From Candidatus Limnocylindrales bacterium (GTDB lineage Bacteria; Patescibacteriota; Saccharimonadia; Saccharimonadales; JAICHO01): a DNA stretch of 44,194 nt. The notes beneath the pieces were generated by a model. The model made no database searches and was not told the DNA's origin. It saw nothing but the letters and a program-made list of their open reading frames with translations. The DNA is taken from the NCBI GenBank assembly GCA_035525115.1, contig DATLEQ010000025.1, positions 1-44,194 of the forward strand, written 5' to 3'. Both the position numbers and the translations under genes were made by a program. Within the stretch, counting starts at the first letter, position 1. Each line of letters starts with the position of its first letter. Below, piece after piece: positions 17,419-27,094 of the stretch.

Positions 17419-17952
17419 GTGACGGACTTTAATCAAGTATTGGATGCTGGAGATGTAGAAGCAGGTCTTGTAAATACCATTGTAGAGATACCAAAATGGT
17501 CAACCCTTAAAATTGAATGGAATCGTAAACTGGCTATATTTGAGCTTGACCGTGTTGAGCCAAGCATTTTTGCTAAGCCCTGTAATTATGGCTTTATCCC
17601 ACAAACACTAGATGATGACGGTGATGAGCTTGATACGCTGATTCTTACAAACGATCCCATCCCTACTGGCGTTTATCTGAAAGGCAAGGTTTTGGGTGTC
17701 CTGAATTTTGAAGATGATGGTGAAATGGACCATAAAATCATTATTGTGCCTGCTGATGACCGCAATACTGGTAATGCGCTGGAGTCATTGGATGACCTTC
17801 ATGAGCAATGGAAACAGAAAATTGAACACCACTTTAATCACTACAAAGACCTTAAAAAGCCCGGCACTACAAAAGTCTTAGGGTGGGGTAATGCCCAGGA
17901 TGCTAAAAAGATCATCTTTGAATGCATCGAACGCTATAAAACCCACGTTTAA
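17419..17952 (+). CDS. ppa: inorganic pyrophosphatase (family I)
   Basis: IVEIPK, CNYGFIPQTLDDDGDELD and HFNHYKDLK align along the whole length with family I PPases. The start is set at GTG 17419, 7 nt after GGAGG, rather than ORF-track TTG 17374. Confidence 0.85.
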   Translation: MTDFNQVLDAGDVEAGLVNTIVEIPKWSTLKIEWNRKLAIFELDRVEPSIFAKPCNYGFIPQTLDDDGDELDTLILTNDPIPTGVYLKGKVLGVLNFEDDGEMDHKIIIVPADDRNTGNALESLDDLHEQWKQKIEHHFNHYKDLKKPGTTKVLGWGNAQDAKKIIFECIERYKTHV

Positions 17953-18019
17953 AACGTCCCAGCTAAAATACTGCTTTACTGATTCCGTCCGGTGCCATGA
18001 CCGGGCTTGCTTGAATTGC

Positions 18020-19204
18020 TTATTGACTTTTGGGGTCAAATAGCTTGATGGCTAGCCAGAACAGCGGCAACATGCACACAAGCGTGGCTACGCCGATTAC
18101 GTTGTAACCATGATAATACCCAAGCCTTGTGGTACTTATAACGAATATAGTCGGCAACCAAACCTCGTTACACCTTATAAAGAAATTTAAAGTAGAGATC
18201 AGAGTAGCTTTGTAGTGGTCCCGTCCGAATATTTGTAATAAGTAGTGTTGGTACATGATAGCCCGCAGCCGCCAAAAACCCATATATAAAGCAAAACTTA
18301 TAATTACTAATGTTAGGTTTCTGCCAAGGCCAATAATCAAGAAGAAGCCGCTAAACACTAGGGTATCTATCCAGGTATAAGTTAGCGCCTTTAATTTACG
18401 CAAATGGTGGATATAAAAACCGCCTATAATTCCCACGATGCTGCCACCCGCAAAAACCAACCCAAACATGCTTGGCTTTAAGCCCAGGTCTTTAAATACA
18501 AGGTTGGTAAAATCGGAGCTCGTGGTATTAAGAGCTGAGATTATCCCGACGCAAATAAAAAAGAGGAGCGAGGACCGGGATACGAAACGGTGCAGATTAA
18601 TAGCGAGATCATGGGCCGGATTGACCGTTTGAACCATTTTGGTCCTGGGCGGTTCTGTTATTGCCATGGCTACGCCAATTAATGACAAGTATGCCAGCGT
18701 GCCAAACAAAAATGGGACCCTGGGGTTAATTTCGTATGTCAAGGGTATGAGTGCTACTAGGACTACATTGCCCATTAACCCAAAAGACTGCGCCCGTCCG
18801 ACAACTCGCGGGTAGTCATGACTGCGCTTGAGGATTACCAGGCTGTCGTGGATAAGCGCCTCAGCCGCTCCGCTTAAAAAAGAATAGCCCAACGCGTCAA
18901 AGACCGTTGCGATTACGGCCCCAGGAAACTGCGGCCAAAAAGCATAAAATAGTGTCCCAATCGCAGCTAACAAACCACACATAATCAGTGCTGCCCGCCG
19001 GGTTAATCTGTCCGCTAAGTAGCCCGTTGGAATCTCTGACAGTAATGAAACGACTGCGCTAACAGCTGCCAAGATACCAATCTGCGGCACGCTTAGGTGT
19101 CCTACCAGGACTAAATAAACCGTCGTAACCGGGAGGAATACCCGCTTTGTAAAAATTTTCAGGATACCGTACAGAAAGATATTGCGCTCATAGGCGTTAT
19201 GCAT
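18020..19204 (-). CDS. MFS transporter
   Basis: 394 aa with about 12 hydrophobic segments and the MFS motif A-like loop GYLADRLTRR. TATAAT (minus strand, 19213-19218) lies 8 nt upstream of the ATG. Confidence 0.75.
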   Translation of the reverse strand: MHNAYERNIFLYGILKIFTKRVFLPVTTVYLVLVGHLSVPQIGILAAVSAVVSLLSEIPTGYLADRLTRRAALIMCGLLAAIGTLFYAFWPQFPGAVIATVFDALGYSFLSGAAEALIHDSLVILKRSHDYPRVVGRAQSFGLMGNVVLVALIPLTYEINPRVPFLFGTLAYLSLIGVAMAITEPPRTKMVQTVNPAHDLAINLHRFVSRSSLLFFICVGIISALNTTSSDFTNLVFKDLGLKPSMFGLVFAGGSIVGIIGGFYIHHLRKLKALTYTWIDTLVFSGFFLIIGLGRNLTLVIISFALYMGFWRLRAIMYQHYLLQIFGRDHYKATLISTLNFFIRCNEVWLPTIFVISTTRLGYYHGYNVIGVATLVCMLPLFWLAIKLFDPKSQ

Positions 19205-19284
19205 GACTTCTTATTATACTTGTACGGGCAAGCATATGCGGTTTATAATGCTGGTTAGATAAAGCCTGAAAATAAAGGAGTTGT

Positions 19285-20325
19285 ATGAAAACACGGATTG
19301 CAATAAACGGGTTCGGGCGTATTGGCCGCAATGCCTTTAAGGTAGCGTTTGATAGGAGCGACTGTGAAGTTGTTGCCATTAATGACCTAACTGATACTAA
19401 AACATTAGCCCACCTCTTAAAGCACGACAGTAATTACGGGACCTATCAGCATGATGTCAGTTATGACGAGACAAATATTATTGTTAATGGTAACCACATC
19501 AAGGTACTAGCCGAAAAAGAACCTGCCATGTTGCCATGGAAAGATCATAAAATTGATGTTGTTATAGAATCCACGGGCTTTTTCGTTGACCCGGCTAAAG
19601 CAAGGGCACACATAGACGCCGGCGCACATAAGGTCGTAATATCGGCTCCCGCAAAGGGTGAAGGTGCCACCACAGTAGTGCTCGGCGTTAACGAGGATCA
19701 ACTGGAAGGTGCAAGCGATATTATCAGTAACGCCAGCTGTACAACCAACTGTATAACTCCCGTTGCTGCAGTTATTGAAAGCCATTTTGGTATTGAGAAA
19801 GCTATGATGACCACGGTTCATAGTTATACGGCAAGCCAGCGTTTGCAAGACGCCCCTGCTAAGGATTTGCGCGAGGCTCGAAATGCGGCCGAAAACATTG
19901 TTCCGACTACGACGGGCGCATCGATAGCTGCCGGACAAGCCTTACCAGCGCTGCAGGGAATCTTTGGGGGTCTGTCAGTCCGGGTACCAACGCCCGTCGT
20001 GAGCCTGAGTGATTTTGTAATAATTACCAAACGCAAAGTCACCGTTGACGAAGTAAACGAAGTATTCCGGAAAGCCGCCGAGGAGCCTTTTTATCAAGGA
20101 ATCCTAGCCGTAACTGACGAGCCACTGGTTAGCAGCGACTTTATAGGAAATAGCCATTCTTGCATTGTTGACGCTGCATTAACAGCGGTGGTGGCTGGTA
20201 ATATGCTGAAAGTTGTCGCTTGGTATGACAACGAATGGGGGTATAGTAACCGTCTGGTAGAAGTTGTTGCCGACACGGGACGTTTGCTGCACCAAAAAAA
20301 TGATCACACCGAACACCATGACTAA
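19285..20325 (+). CDS. gap: type I glyceraldehyde-3-phosphate dehydrogenase
   Basis: INGFGRIGR, active site SNASCTTNC, WYDNEWGYS. SD AAAGGAG, and TATAAT at 19243-19248. Confidence 0.95.
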   Translation: MKTRIAINGFGRIGRNAFKVAFDRSDCEVVAINDLTDTKTLAHLLKHDSNYGTYQHDVSYDETNIIVNGNHIKVLAEKEPAMLPWKDHKIDVVIESTGFFVDPAKARAHIDAGAHKVVISAPAKGEGATTVVLGVNEDQLEGASDIISNASCTTNCITPVAAVIESHFGIEKAMMTTVHSYTASQRLQDAPAKDLREARNAAENIVPTTTGASIAAGQALPALQGIFGGLSVRVPTPVVSLSDFVIITKRKVTVDEVNEVFRKAAEEPFYQGILAVTDEPLVSSDFIGNSHSCIVDAALTAVVAGNMLKVVAWYDNEWGYSNRLVEVVADTGRLLHQKNDHTEHHD

Positions 20326-20356
20326 ATATGACACAAAAACACTACAGGGATAAAAG

Positions 20357-20800
20357 ATGAAGGTTTTTGTAGGGGCCGACCATAACGGTTTCTATCTGCG
20401 GAACAATCTTGTGCAGTATTTAAAACGGGCTGGCTATGACGTGCAAGACGATGGTGACCTTCAGCTAGATCAAGATGACGATTTTCCTGTTTTTGCCAGC
20501 CGCGTCGTACACGACATGCAGGCTTCTGACGACCCAACCGTACGAGGTATTTTGATTTGTGGTAGCGGTCAGGGTATGTGTATGGCGGCCAATAGGTACA
20601 AAGGGATTCGTGCTTGTATGGGCTATGACCGCGAATCTATCAAAGCTACCAGAAACGATGAAGACAGCAATGTGCTATGCCTAGCTGCCAGAGTTTTAGA
20701 AAAAGACAAAATAAACATGCTTGTAGAAACTTTCCTCAATACCCCTTTCTCTCACCTTGGTCGCTACCAGCGGCGTCTCAAAGAAATGGATAATTTATAA
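20357..20800 (+). CDS. rpiB: ribose-5-phosphate isomerase B (RpiB/LacAB family)
   Basis: VGADHNGF and ILICGSGQGMCMAANRYKGIRA. Confidence 0.9.
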   Translation: MKVFVGADHNGFYLRNNLVQYLKRAGYDVQDDGDLQLDQDDDFPVFASRVVHDMQASDDPTVRGILICGSGQGMCMAANRYKGIRACMGYDRESIKATRNDEDSNVLCLAARVLEKDKINMLVETFLNTPFSHLGRYQRRLKEMDNL

Positions 20801-20804
20801 GCCC

Positions 20805-21437
20805 ATGAGCTTGATTTGTCCAACAGTTACGGCAGTAGATTTGCACCAATACCGTGAACAATTGGAGCGGATTAGTCCATTCGCTAAGCGTATTCACATT
20901 GATGTAATGGATGGGGAGTTTGCGCCCAGTATATCACCACCACTAAATAAAATGTGGTGGCCGCCCGATGTAACTGCCGATTTGCATTTAATGTACCACC
21001 GCCCCATGGATTGCTTGCAGCAGCTTATTCAGCTTAGGCCACATATGGTTATCATTCATAATGAAGCCCATGTGCATCATATGCACTTTGCAGGTGAACT
21101 CCACAAAGAAAATATTTTAGTGGGCCTGGCTGTTCTGCACGATACGCCTATCGAGCATGCCTATCAGATTATGCATAGTTTTGACCACGTGCTGGTTTTT
21201 AGCGGTCATCTTGGTTATCACGGCGGTGCGGCTGACCTTGGGCTTTTAGACAAGGTAAAAAAAATCAAACATCACCATCCGGATGCCGAGATAGCCTGGG
21301 ATGGAGGTATTAATGACCAAAATATCCACCAGCTCGCAGAAGCCGGGGTGGACGTCTTGAATGTTGGCGGCTTTATCCAAAGGTCTGCTGATCCACGAGA
21401 AGCCTACGAACAGCTCGTCGAGTTAATGAATCAATAG
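20805..21437 (+). CDS. rpe: ribulose-phosphate 3-epimerase-like protein
   Basis: ICPTVTA and HIDVMDGEFAP motifs, with a TIM-barrel-like length. The start is set at ATG 20805, because the ORF-track start 20757 would overlap rpiB by 44 nt. Confidence 0.75.
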   Translation: MSLICPTVTAVDLHQYREQLERISPFAKRIHIDVMDGEFAPSISPPLNKMWWPPDVTADLHLMYHRPMDCLQQLIQLRPHMVIIHNEAHVHHMHFAGELHKENILVGLAVLHDTPIEHAYQIMHSFDHVLVFSGHLGYHGGAADLGLLDKVKKIKHHHPDAEIAWDGGINDQNIHQLAEAGVDVLNVGGFIQRSADPREAYEQLVELMNQ

Positions 21438-21449
21438 AAGCAATGATTT

Positions 21450-21477
21450 TTGTACTTATGCTTTAGGGCTGTATACT
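21450..21477 (+). promoter_or_regulatory. putative promoter TTGTAC-N16-TATACT, 9 nt upstream of ATG 21487
   Basis: The -35 is at 21450-21455 and the -10 at 21472-21477. No SD lies before the transketolase start. Confidence 0.45.
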
Positions 21478-21486
21478 GTTAGGCAA

Positions 21487-22344
21487 ATGGTGCAAAAATA
21501 CACAATTCATGAGCTGGAACTTCGAGCTGTTGAGATTCGTGAAGACATTATTAAAATGCTGGAACATGCGGGCAGCGGACATAGCGCAGGTCCGTTGGGA
21601 CTTGCCGATATTTTTGCGGCGCTTTATTTTGACATTCTAAAGTATGATCCAAAAAAACCCGACTGGAACCAGCGCGACATATTGCTGCTTAGTAACGGCC
21701 ACTGCATACCAGTACAGTACGCTACGATGGCTCATGCAGGTTTTTTTGACCGGAAGGAATTATTGACGCTTAGAGCATTTGGGTCAAGGCTGCAAGGCCA
21801 TCCAGAGCGATTAAGGTTACCAGGACTAGAAAATACTAGCGGTCCGCTTGGTTCAGGACTCAGCCAGGCTGCTGGTATGGCCTTGGCTCTGCGAATGAAT
21901 AAGGATCACCACCGCTGGATATACTGTGTCATGGGTGACGGTGAGCTTAACGAGGGCAATATTTGGGAAGCCGCAATGCTGGCCGGAAAATACAAGCTGA
22001 ATAATATTATCGGCATTATTGACAGGAACAATATCCAGATTGATGGGCCAACCGAAACAGTTATGCCATTAGAAGATTTAAGGGGCAAATGGGAAGCCTT
22101 TGGCTGGCACGTAATAGAGATAGATGGCAATAACATCGAAGCGGTAATTGATGCCTGCGCAATGGCACGCGCTGTCGTTGAAAAACCGGTCCTTATAATA
22201 GCCCATACCATTCCCGGAAAAGGTGTTGACTTTATGGAGTATGATTTCCATTGGCATGGTTCACCGCCGAACGCCGAACAAGCCAAAGCCGCGCTTCATG
22301 AGCTGCGTACGTTGCAGGGTAGGATTAGGAGTGAACATGAGTAG
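21487..22344 (+). CDS. transketolase, N-terminal (TPP-binding) subunit
   Basis: GSGHSAGPLGLADIF, and a GDGELNEGNIWEA thiamine-diphosphate motif. It is the first half of a split enzyme. Confidence 0.9.
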   Translation: MVQKYTIHELELRAVEIREDIIKMLEHAGSGHSAGPLGLADIFAALYFDILKYDPKKPDWNQRDILLLSNGHCIPVQYATMAHAGFFDRKELLTLRAFGSRLQGHPERLRLPGLENTSGPLGSGLSQAAGMALALRMNKDHHRWIYCVMGDGELNEGNIWEAAMLAGKYKLNNIIGIIDRNNIQIDGPTETVMPLEDLRGKWEAFGWHVIEIDGNNIEAVIDACAMARAVVEKPVLIIAHTIPGKGVDFMEYDFHWHGSPPNAEQAKAALHELRTLQGRIRSEHE

Positions 22345-22370
22345 CCGCACGCACTCTTTAGGAGAGAACC

Positions 22371-23348
22371 GTGGCTGAGTTGTATTTAGTACCGGATATT
22401 TTAGCTAAAGATATTATTATGGAGCCTAACCGTAAAGGCTTTGGGCGCGGACTTTTAGAAGCGGGCAAACGTAACCAGGATGTGGTCGCTGCCTGCGCAG
22501 ACCTTACTGACTCCACCCAGATCAGCTTATTCAGGGACGCGTTTCCGGAGCGATTTATCGAAATCGGTGTAGCTGAGCAAAACTTGGTGACGGTAGGTTC
22601 AGGGCTGGCCGCTATGGGAAAAATCCCATTTGTAAGCAGCTATGCCGCATTTAGCCCGGGACGAAACTGGGAGCAGATACGGACTACTGTTTGCTTAAAT
22701 GACCGCCCCGTTAAAATTATCGGCGCCCACGCAGGGCTGTATACAGGTAAGGATGGTGCCACGCACCAAATGTTAGAAGACATTGCGCTTATGCGGGTGC
22801 TGCCTAATATGGTGGTGATCGCACCTGGCGATGCACTTGAAGCTGAAAAAGCCACATTGGCCATGGCAGCAGACGAACGTCCTAACTACATGCGGCTGGC
22901 CAGGGAGCCTATACCTGTTATCACAACTGACCGAACACCCTTTGAGATCGGCAAGGCGTACATATATGCGCCAGGTTCCGACCTCACCATTATCGCCACC
23001 GGAACCATGACATATCCGGCGCTGGTGGCCGCCGAACATTTATATAAAGACGGTATTGATGTTGAAGTTGTCCATTGTCCCACCATTAAGCCCTTAGATG
23101 CCGTTACTATTCTAAAAAGTGCCGCTAAGACAGGCGCAGTTTTGACAGTTGAGGAAGCCCAGATCAACGGTGGTTTGGGCGGTGCCGTAGCAGAGCTATT
23201 GGCCGAGGAGTTACCAACCCCGTTAAAGCGCATGGGCATGCGTGACCATTACGGAGAATCAGGTGACCCTAAGGATTTGTTGGAACACTTTGGTTTGACT
23301 TATAAACACATAATGCGGGCTGCCCACCAGCTGGTAGAAAGAAAGTAA
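22371..23348 (+). CDS. transketolase, C-terminal (pyrimidine-binding) subunit
   Basis: FIEIGVAEQNLV, GATHQMLEDIALMRVLPNM. GTG start 7 nt after GGAGAG. Confidence 0.9.
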   Translation: MAELYLVPDILAKDIIMEPNRKGFGRGLLEAGKRNQDVVAACADLTDSTQISLFRDAFPERFIEIGVAEQNLVTVGSGLAAMGKIPFVSSYAAFSPGRNWEQIRTTVCLNDRPVKIIGAHAGLYTGKDGATHQMLEDIALMRVLPNMVVIAPGDALEAEKATLAMAADERPNYMRLAREPIPVITTDRTPFEIGKAYIYAPGSDLTIIATGTMTYPALVAAEHLYKDGIDVEVVHCPTIKPLDAVTILKSAAKTGAVLTVEEAQINGGLGGAVAELLAEELPTPLKRMGMRDHYGESGDPKDLLEHFGLTYKHIMRAAHQLVERK

Positions 23349-23360
23349 TGAGGATAAATT

Positions 23361-24272
23361 ATGGCACTAACACTCCGGCAAATTAGAAAAAACTGCGACG
23401 ATGCACGTAACGCAATGGCCCGGGCAAGGGCAGAGCATTTTGCTTTGGGTGCGTTTAACCTAGACAACCAAGAGACATTGAAAGCAGTTGTGCATGCGGC
23501 TGCTAATAAGAAAGCTCCTTTGATGGTGGAAGTCAGTCAGGGCGAAGTAGACGCGCTTGGTGTTGATAACGTCCGCGATATGGTTGATAACTACAAAGCT
23601 GAGTACGGTGTTGAGATTTATATTAACCTCGACCATTCACCTTCGGTAGAATCAGCTAAAGAAGGTATTGAGGCCGGCTTCGAGTTCATCCACATAGATA
23701 TTTCACAAGCTAAAAAAGATGCCAGCCACGAAGAAATCATTGAAGGCACACGTCAAGTTGTGGCGTATGCCACGCTAACCGGTGCACTCGTAGAGAGTGA
23801 ACCCCATTATTTTGGTGGCGGCTCCAATGTCTTTACAGAAGCTTTTGATTATGAAGAGATTAAAAAGACATTTAGTACGCCCCAAGGTGCCCAAGAATTT
23901 GTGAATGCGACTGGTATAGACACGTATGCCGCCGCAATCGGCAATTTACATGGCCAGTATCCTGTGCCTAAAAAGCTAGACCTGGAATTATTGCAGCAAA
24001 TACGTGATGCCATTAGCTGCAATATTAGCTTGCATGGTGGTAGCGGTACGCCTGGCCATTATTTTGTTGAAGCCGTTAAAATCGGTGTTAGTAAGGTTAA
24101 TATCAATAGTGATATGCGGGCAGCTTATCGCAAAACCCTGGAAAAGGTACTAGCTGATAACCCCACCGAATACGCAGTAGTCAAACTTATGGATACGGTT
24201 ATAGATGCCGTGCAAGCAGTCGTGGAAGAGAAAATTGATGTATTTAACTCCGCAGGTAAATCCCAGATATGA
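23361..24272 (+). CDS. fba: class II fructose-bisphosphate aldolase
   Basis: LGAFNLDNQETLKAVV, NLDHS, GNLHGQY, LHGGSG. Confidence 0.85.
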   Translation: MALTLRQIRKNCDDARNAMARARAEHFALGAFNLDNQETLKAVVHAAANKKAPLMVEVSQGEVDALGVDNVRDMVDNYKAEYGVEIYINLDHSPSVESAKEGIEAGFEFIHIDISQAKKDASHEEIIEGTRQVVAYATLTGALVESEPHYFGGGSNVFTEAFDYEEIKKTFSTPQGAQEFVNATGIDTYAAAIGNLHGQYPVPKKLDLELLQQIRDAISCNISLHGGSGTPGHYFVEAVKIGVSKVNINSDMRAAYRKTLEKVLADNPTEYAVVKLMDTVIDAVQAVVEEKIDVFNSAGKSQI

Positions 24273-24553
24273 CCTACCTGGCGTTGACTGACGGACTATG
24301 TGAACCCAATTGCGGAGAGGGTCTAACCCTGGCTTTAAAGTTATTTTTGTTTGGGAGTCTCACGGTAATTACTCTTATAGTTATTGTCATCGTCGTCCTT
24401 AGAGGGGCTTCAAAAACTCAAAGAAGAGAACAACAGGAACGAGAACAAGAAGCAATTCAAAATACACCCGCGCCTGCTAGCTGGCGCTTCCCAGATACCA
24501 GTACGAACGGGGAACAACAGAAGAATAAAGCAGATGATAATAAGCTTACTTAA
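24269..24553 (+). CDS. small single-pass membrane protein, unknown function
   Basis: ATGA overlap with the fba stop. One strong TM helix (LFLFGSLTVITLIVIVIVVL), then a charged low-complexity tail. Confidence 0.4.
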   Translation: MTYLALTDGLCEPNCGEGLTLALKLFLFGSLTVITLIVIVIVVLRGASKTQRREQQEREQEAIQNTPAPASWRFPDTSTNGEQQKNKADDNKLT

Positions 24554-24619
24554 CTATCGTGGCTTTACTATGATACACTAAGCACAAGCACCATAAATAA
24601 GAACTATAAAAGGTGGGAG

Positions 24620-25621
24620 ATGAGTCAAATTGATGTACTGAGTATCGGCGACGTTGTAACAGACGCTTTTATCAAGTTGTTTGACGACCGTGAACATACT
24701 TACAGCAATGAGCACGGCAAATGGTTGGCTATGCCGTTTGGCCAGAAGGTCCCCTTTGATTATGCGCAAGTGATTGAGGGCGTCGGTAATGCAGCCAACG
24801 CGGCCGTTAGCTTTGCAAAATTAGGGTTAAAGAGCGGACTGATAAGCAACGTGGGTGGCGATTCATACGGTCGCGATATTATTAGTGCTTTGCACCACAG
24901 GGAGGTTGACACCCGTTTCGTGCACATTAATCCGGGCAAGATTAGCAACTATCATTATGTGTTATGGTACAGAGAAGAACGCACCATTTTAATTAAACAC
25001 GAGGAATACGATTACCATTGGCCGCGCTTTCGGGCCACCGACATACCAAAATGGGTTTACTTTAGTTCCATCAGCAAAAATGCCATAGATGAATACCATG
25101 ACCACGTCGCCGACTGGCTACAAGACAACCCGCATGTTAAGTTTGCGTTTCAACCCGGTACCTTTCAAATTGAAGCCGGTGCCGAGCGGCTAAAAGCACT
25201 ATATAAACGAACGGAAGTCCTTATATTAAACCGCGAGGAGGCTGTTCAGGTATCCGGTGGCAGCTATGATGATGTACATGGTCTTATAAATCGTTTGCAC
25301 GATTTAGGTGCTAGGACAGTTATCGTGACAGATGGCCCGGCCGGGGCATATGCCAGTGACGGCACAAACCGCTTTAAGATGCCTCCTTATCCTGACCCTG
25401 CCGCGCCATTTGAGCGCACAGGTGCGGGCGATGCTTTCGCATCTACATTAGTAGCAGCCCTTGTCAAAGGTAATACGTTGGAGGGTGCCTTGCAGTGGGC
25501 GCCAATTAACTCAATGAACGTAGTTCAGCACACCGGTGCGCAAGAAGGGCTGTTAACTGAACGCGAATTAGCGGAATTGTTAAAAGTTGCACCCCATTGG
25601 TATAAAGCCGAACAATTTTAA
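24620..25621 (+). CDS. PfkB-family carbohydrate kinase (ribokinase-like fold)
   Basis: N-terminal GDVVTD, GVGNAANAA, and the C-terminal catalytic motif TGAGDAFASTLVAAL. SD AAAGGTGGGAG. Confidence 0.8.
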   Translation: MSQIDVLSIGDVVTDAFIKLFDDREHTYSNEHGKWLAMPFGQKVPFDYAQVIEGVGNAANAAVSFAKLGLKSGLISNVGGDSYGRDIISALHHREVDTRFVHINPGKISNYHYVLWYREERTILIKHEEYDYHWPRFRATDIPKWVYFSSISKNAIDEYHDHVADWLQDNPHVKFAFQPGTFQIEAGAERLKALYKRTEVLILNREEAVQVSGGSYDDVHGLINRLHDLGARTVIVTDGPAGAYASDGTNRFKMPPYPDPAAPFERTGAGDAFASTLVAALVKGNTLEGALQWAPINSMNVVQHTGAQEGLLTERELAELLKVAPHWYKAEQF

Positions 25622-25798
25622 ACGTTTCTTATTCAAATCTTATCGCAATAAGCCAGGGATGCTTAAGTTGCTGCGACGAGCCATTAAGTACTTACTGCGC
25701 CCATTAATTCCGTCACTAACTCCTGTCATACTGAGAACTCTATCGCAAAGAACCTTAGCATTGCAAGCGCAAGCTTTACTGGAGGTAGTACCGGTGCT

Positions 25799-27094
25799 AT
25801 GCTTATGCTAAAGGATTGCAAAAGGAATAACCAAAACGTGTGTAAATTAATTGCCGAACTCGTTGGCGCTGACAAACAAGTATTGAGGGAGATGATAACC
25901 AGGCTAGAACATGCCAGCGGCGCGCCAAGTGTAGACGTTCGCTTGACGGGCGAGATATACGGCAGGCTCCACATGAAAATGCGTGAACTTGGCTTGGACC
26001 CTAATGACACGACACCCCATGAGCTGTATCAAGCACTCTTAAGCTTGACAGCACTACATGATAGATTTCTGGCTCGCAAGTTAGGAATTGAAAATCCACA
26101 GGATGCATCGGAAGTCCTGCCAGCGGTTGTAGATTTAGTAAACCGTTCTGGACTGCCAAAACAAACGTGGGCACTTAAACAAACAGCCGCCAGGCGCTTG
26201 CTTAAAGCTAACCCACCAAAGACACTCATGAAACTGCTGCGCTATCGTTCAGCGGACTCTTTGCTTAAACGTGAATCGCCATCTATTGTTATGACAGCTG
26301 CGATGCATGTTGAATCTTTGTCATGGCGGGGGCATTTCTTAAAATCGTATACGCGCTTGCATGCTAATGACTTTGAAACACAGAACATCCAAATAATATA
26401 TTTAGACAATGTGCGCTGGAAGGCGGTTGGTCACATATACGCCTTACAAAAGCGAACTCCCATACTGCATTTGTCCGAAACGGGTACCATTGCCGTGTTG
26501 CCCCTGCCGCAACAATCATTTAACGGGTTGACCTTGGCCAGCCTGCTTTTAGTCCTGCACCATGTTAATGATATTAGGGCTCACAGTACTTACTTTAAGT
26601 TTCATCACATGCGGGCTGACTTTGGCAAATTCTTGGCTCAAGCCACAAACGACCAGAACAGCCATCATGCACTGTTGGCTGGCCAGCCGATTCACTGGCG
26701 GATTATTCACCGTTATTACGGCAGCCAACCCAATATTAACCACCCTGAAATATTTGAACCCCACGTGCAACCTGAGGACATGGCATACCGCAAAGCCGAA
26801 GCCACTCTTTATAAAATTGAGCCTGCACTGCATTTTTGGCACAACAATGACTACATAGGATTGCCCCAACCTGATGGACCTATCAGTTTTAACTTAACGG
26901 ACATGGCTATGAACGTACTGAACCATATACCGTACAGCCAGCGGGCGAATTATCATATGCGCGATGCATTGTGGAACGAGCTATATGGAAGGTATATAGG
27001 TGAGCGCAACCTGGAACGTGAACTATTGCAACATTTGGACGAGAAGATAATCCCAGAACCTAGTATTGTCCCAGATTTGGAGTTTGCCTGGTGA
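25799..27094 (+). CDS. hypothetical protein, 431 aa, His/aromatic-rich, no recognised family
   Basis: Long uninterrupted ORF with GGAGG 13 nt upstream. Its stop overlaps the GTG of the next gene (GTGA at 27091-27094). Confidence 0.6.
   Translation: MLMLKDCKRNNQNVCKLIAELVGADKQVLREMITRLEHASGAPSVDVRLTGEIYGRLHMKMRELGLDPNDTTPHELYQALLSLTALHDRFLARKLGIENPQDASEVLPAVVDLVNRSGLPKQTWALKQTAARRLLKANPPKTLMKLLRYRSADSLLKRESPSIVMTAAMHVESLSWRGHFLKSYTRLHANDFETQNIQIIYLDNVRWKAVGHIYALQKRTPILHLSETGTIAVLPLPQQSFNGLTLASLLLVLHHVNDIRAHSTYFKFHHMRADFGKFLAQATNDQNSHHALLAGQPIHWRIIHRYYGSQPNINHPEIFEPHVQPEDMAYRKAEATLYKIEPALHFWHNNDYIGLPQPDGPISFNLTDMAMNVLNHIPYSQRANYHMRDALWNELYGRYIGERNLERELLQHLDEKIIPEPSIVPDLEFAW

Noticed and set aside
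17989-18004. Hairpin CCGGT-gccatg-ACCGG between the convergent ppa and MFS genes, considered as a possible bidirectional terminator.
   Set aside because: The stem is only 5 bp and neither side has a U-tract, so the support is too weak.
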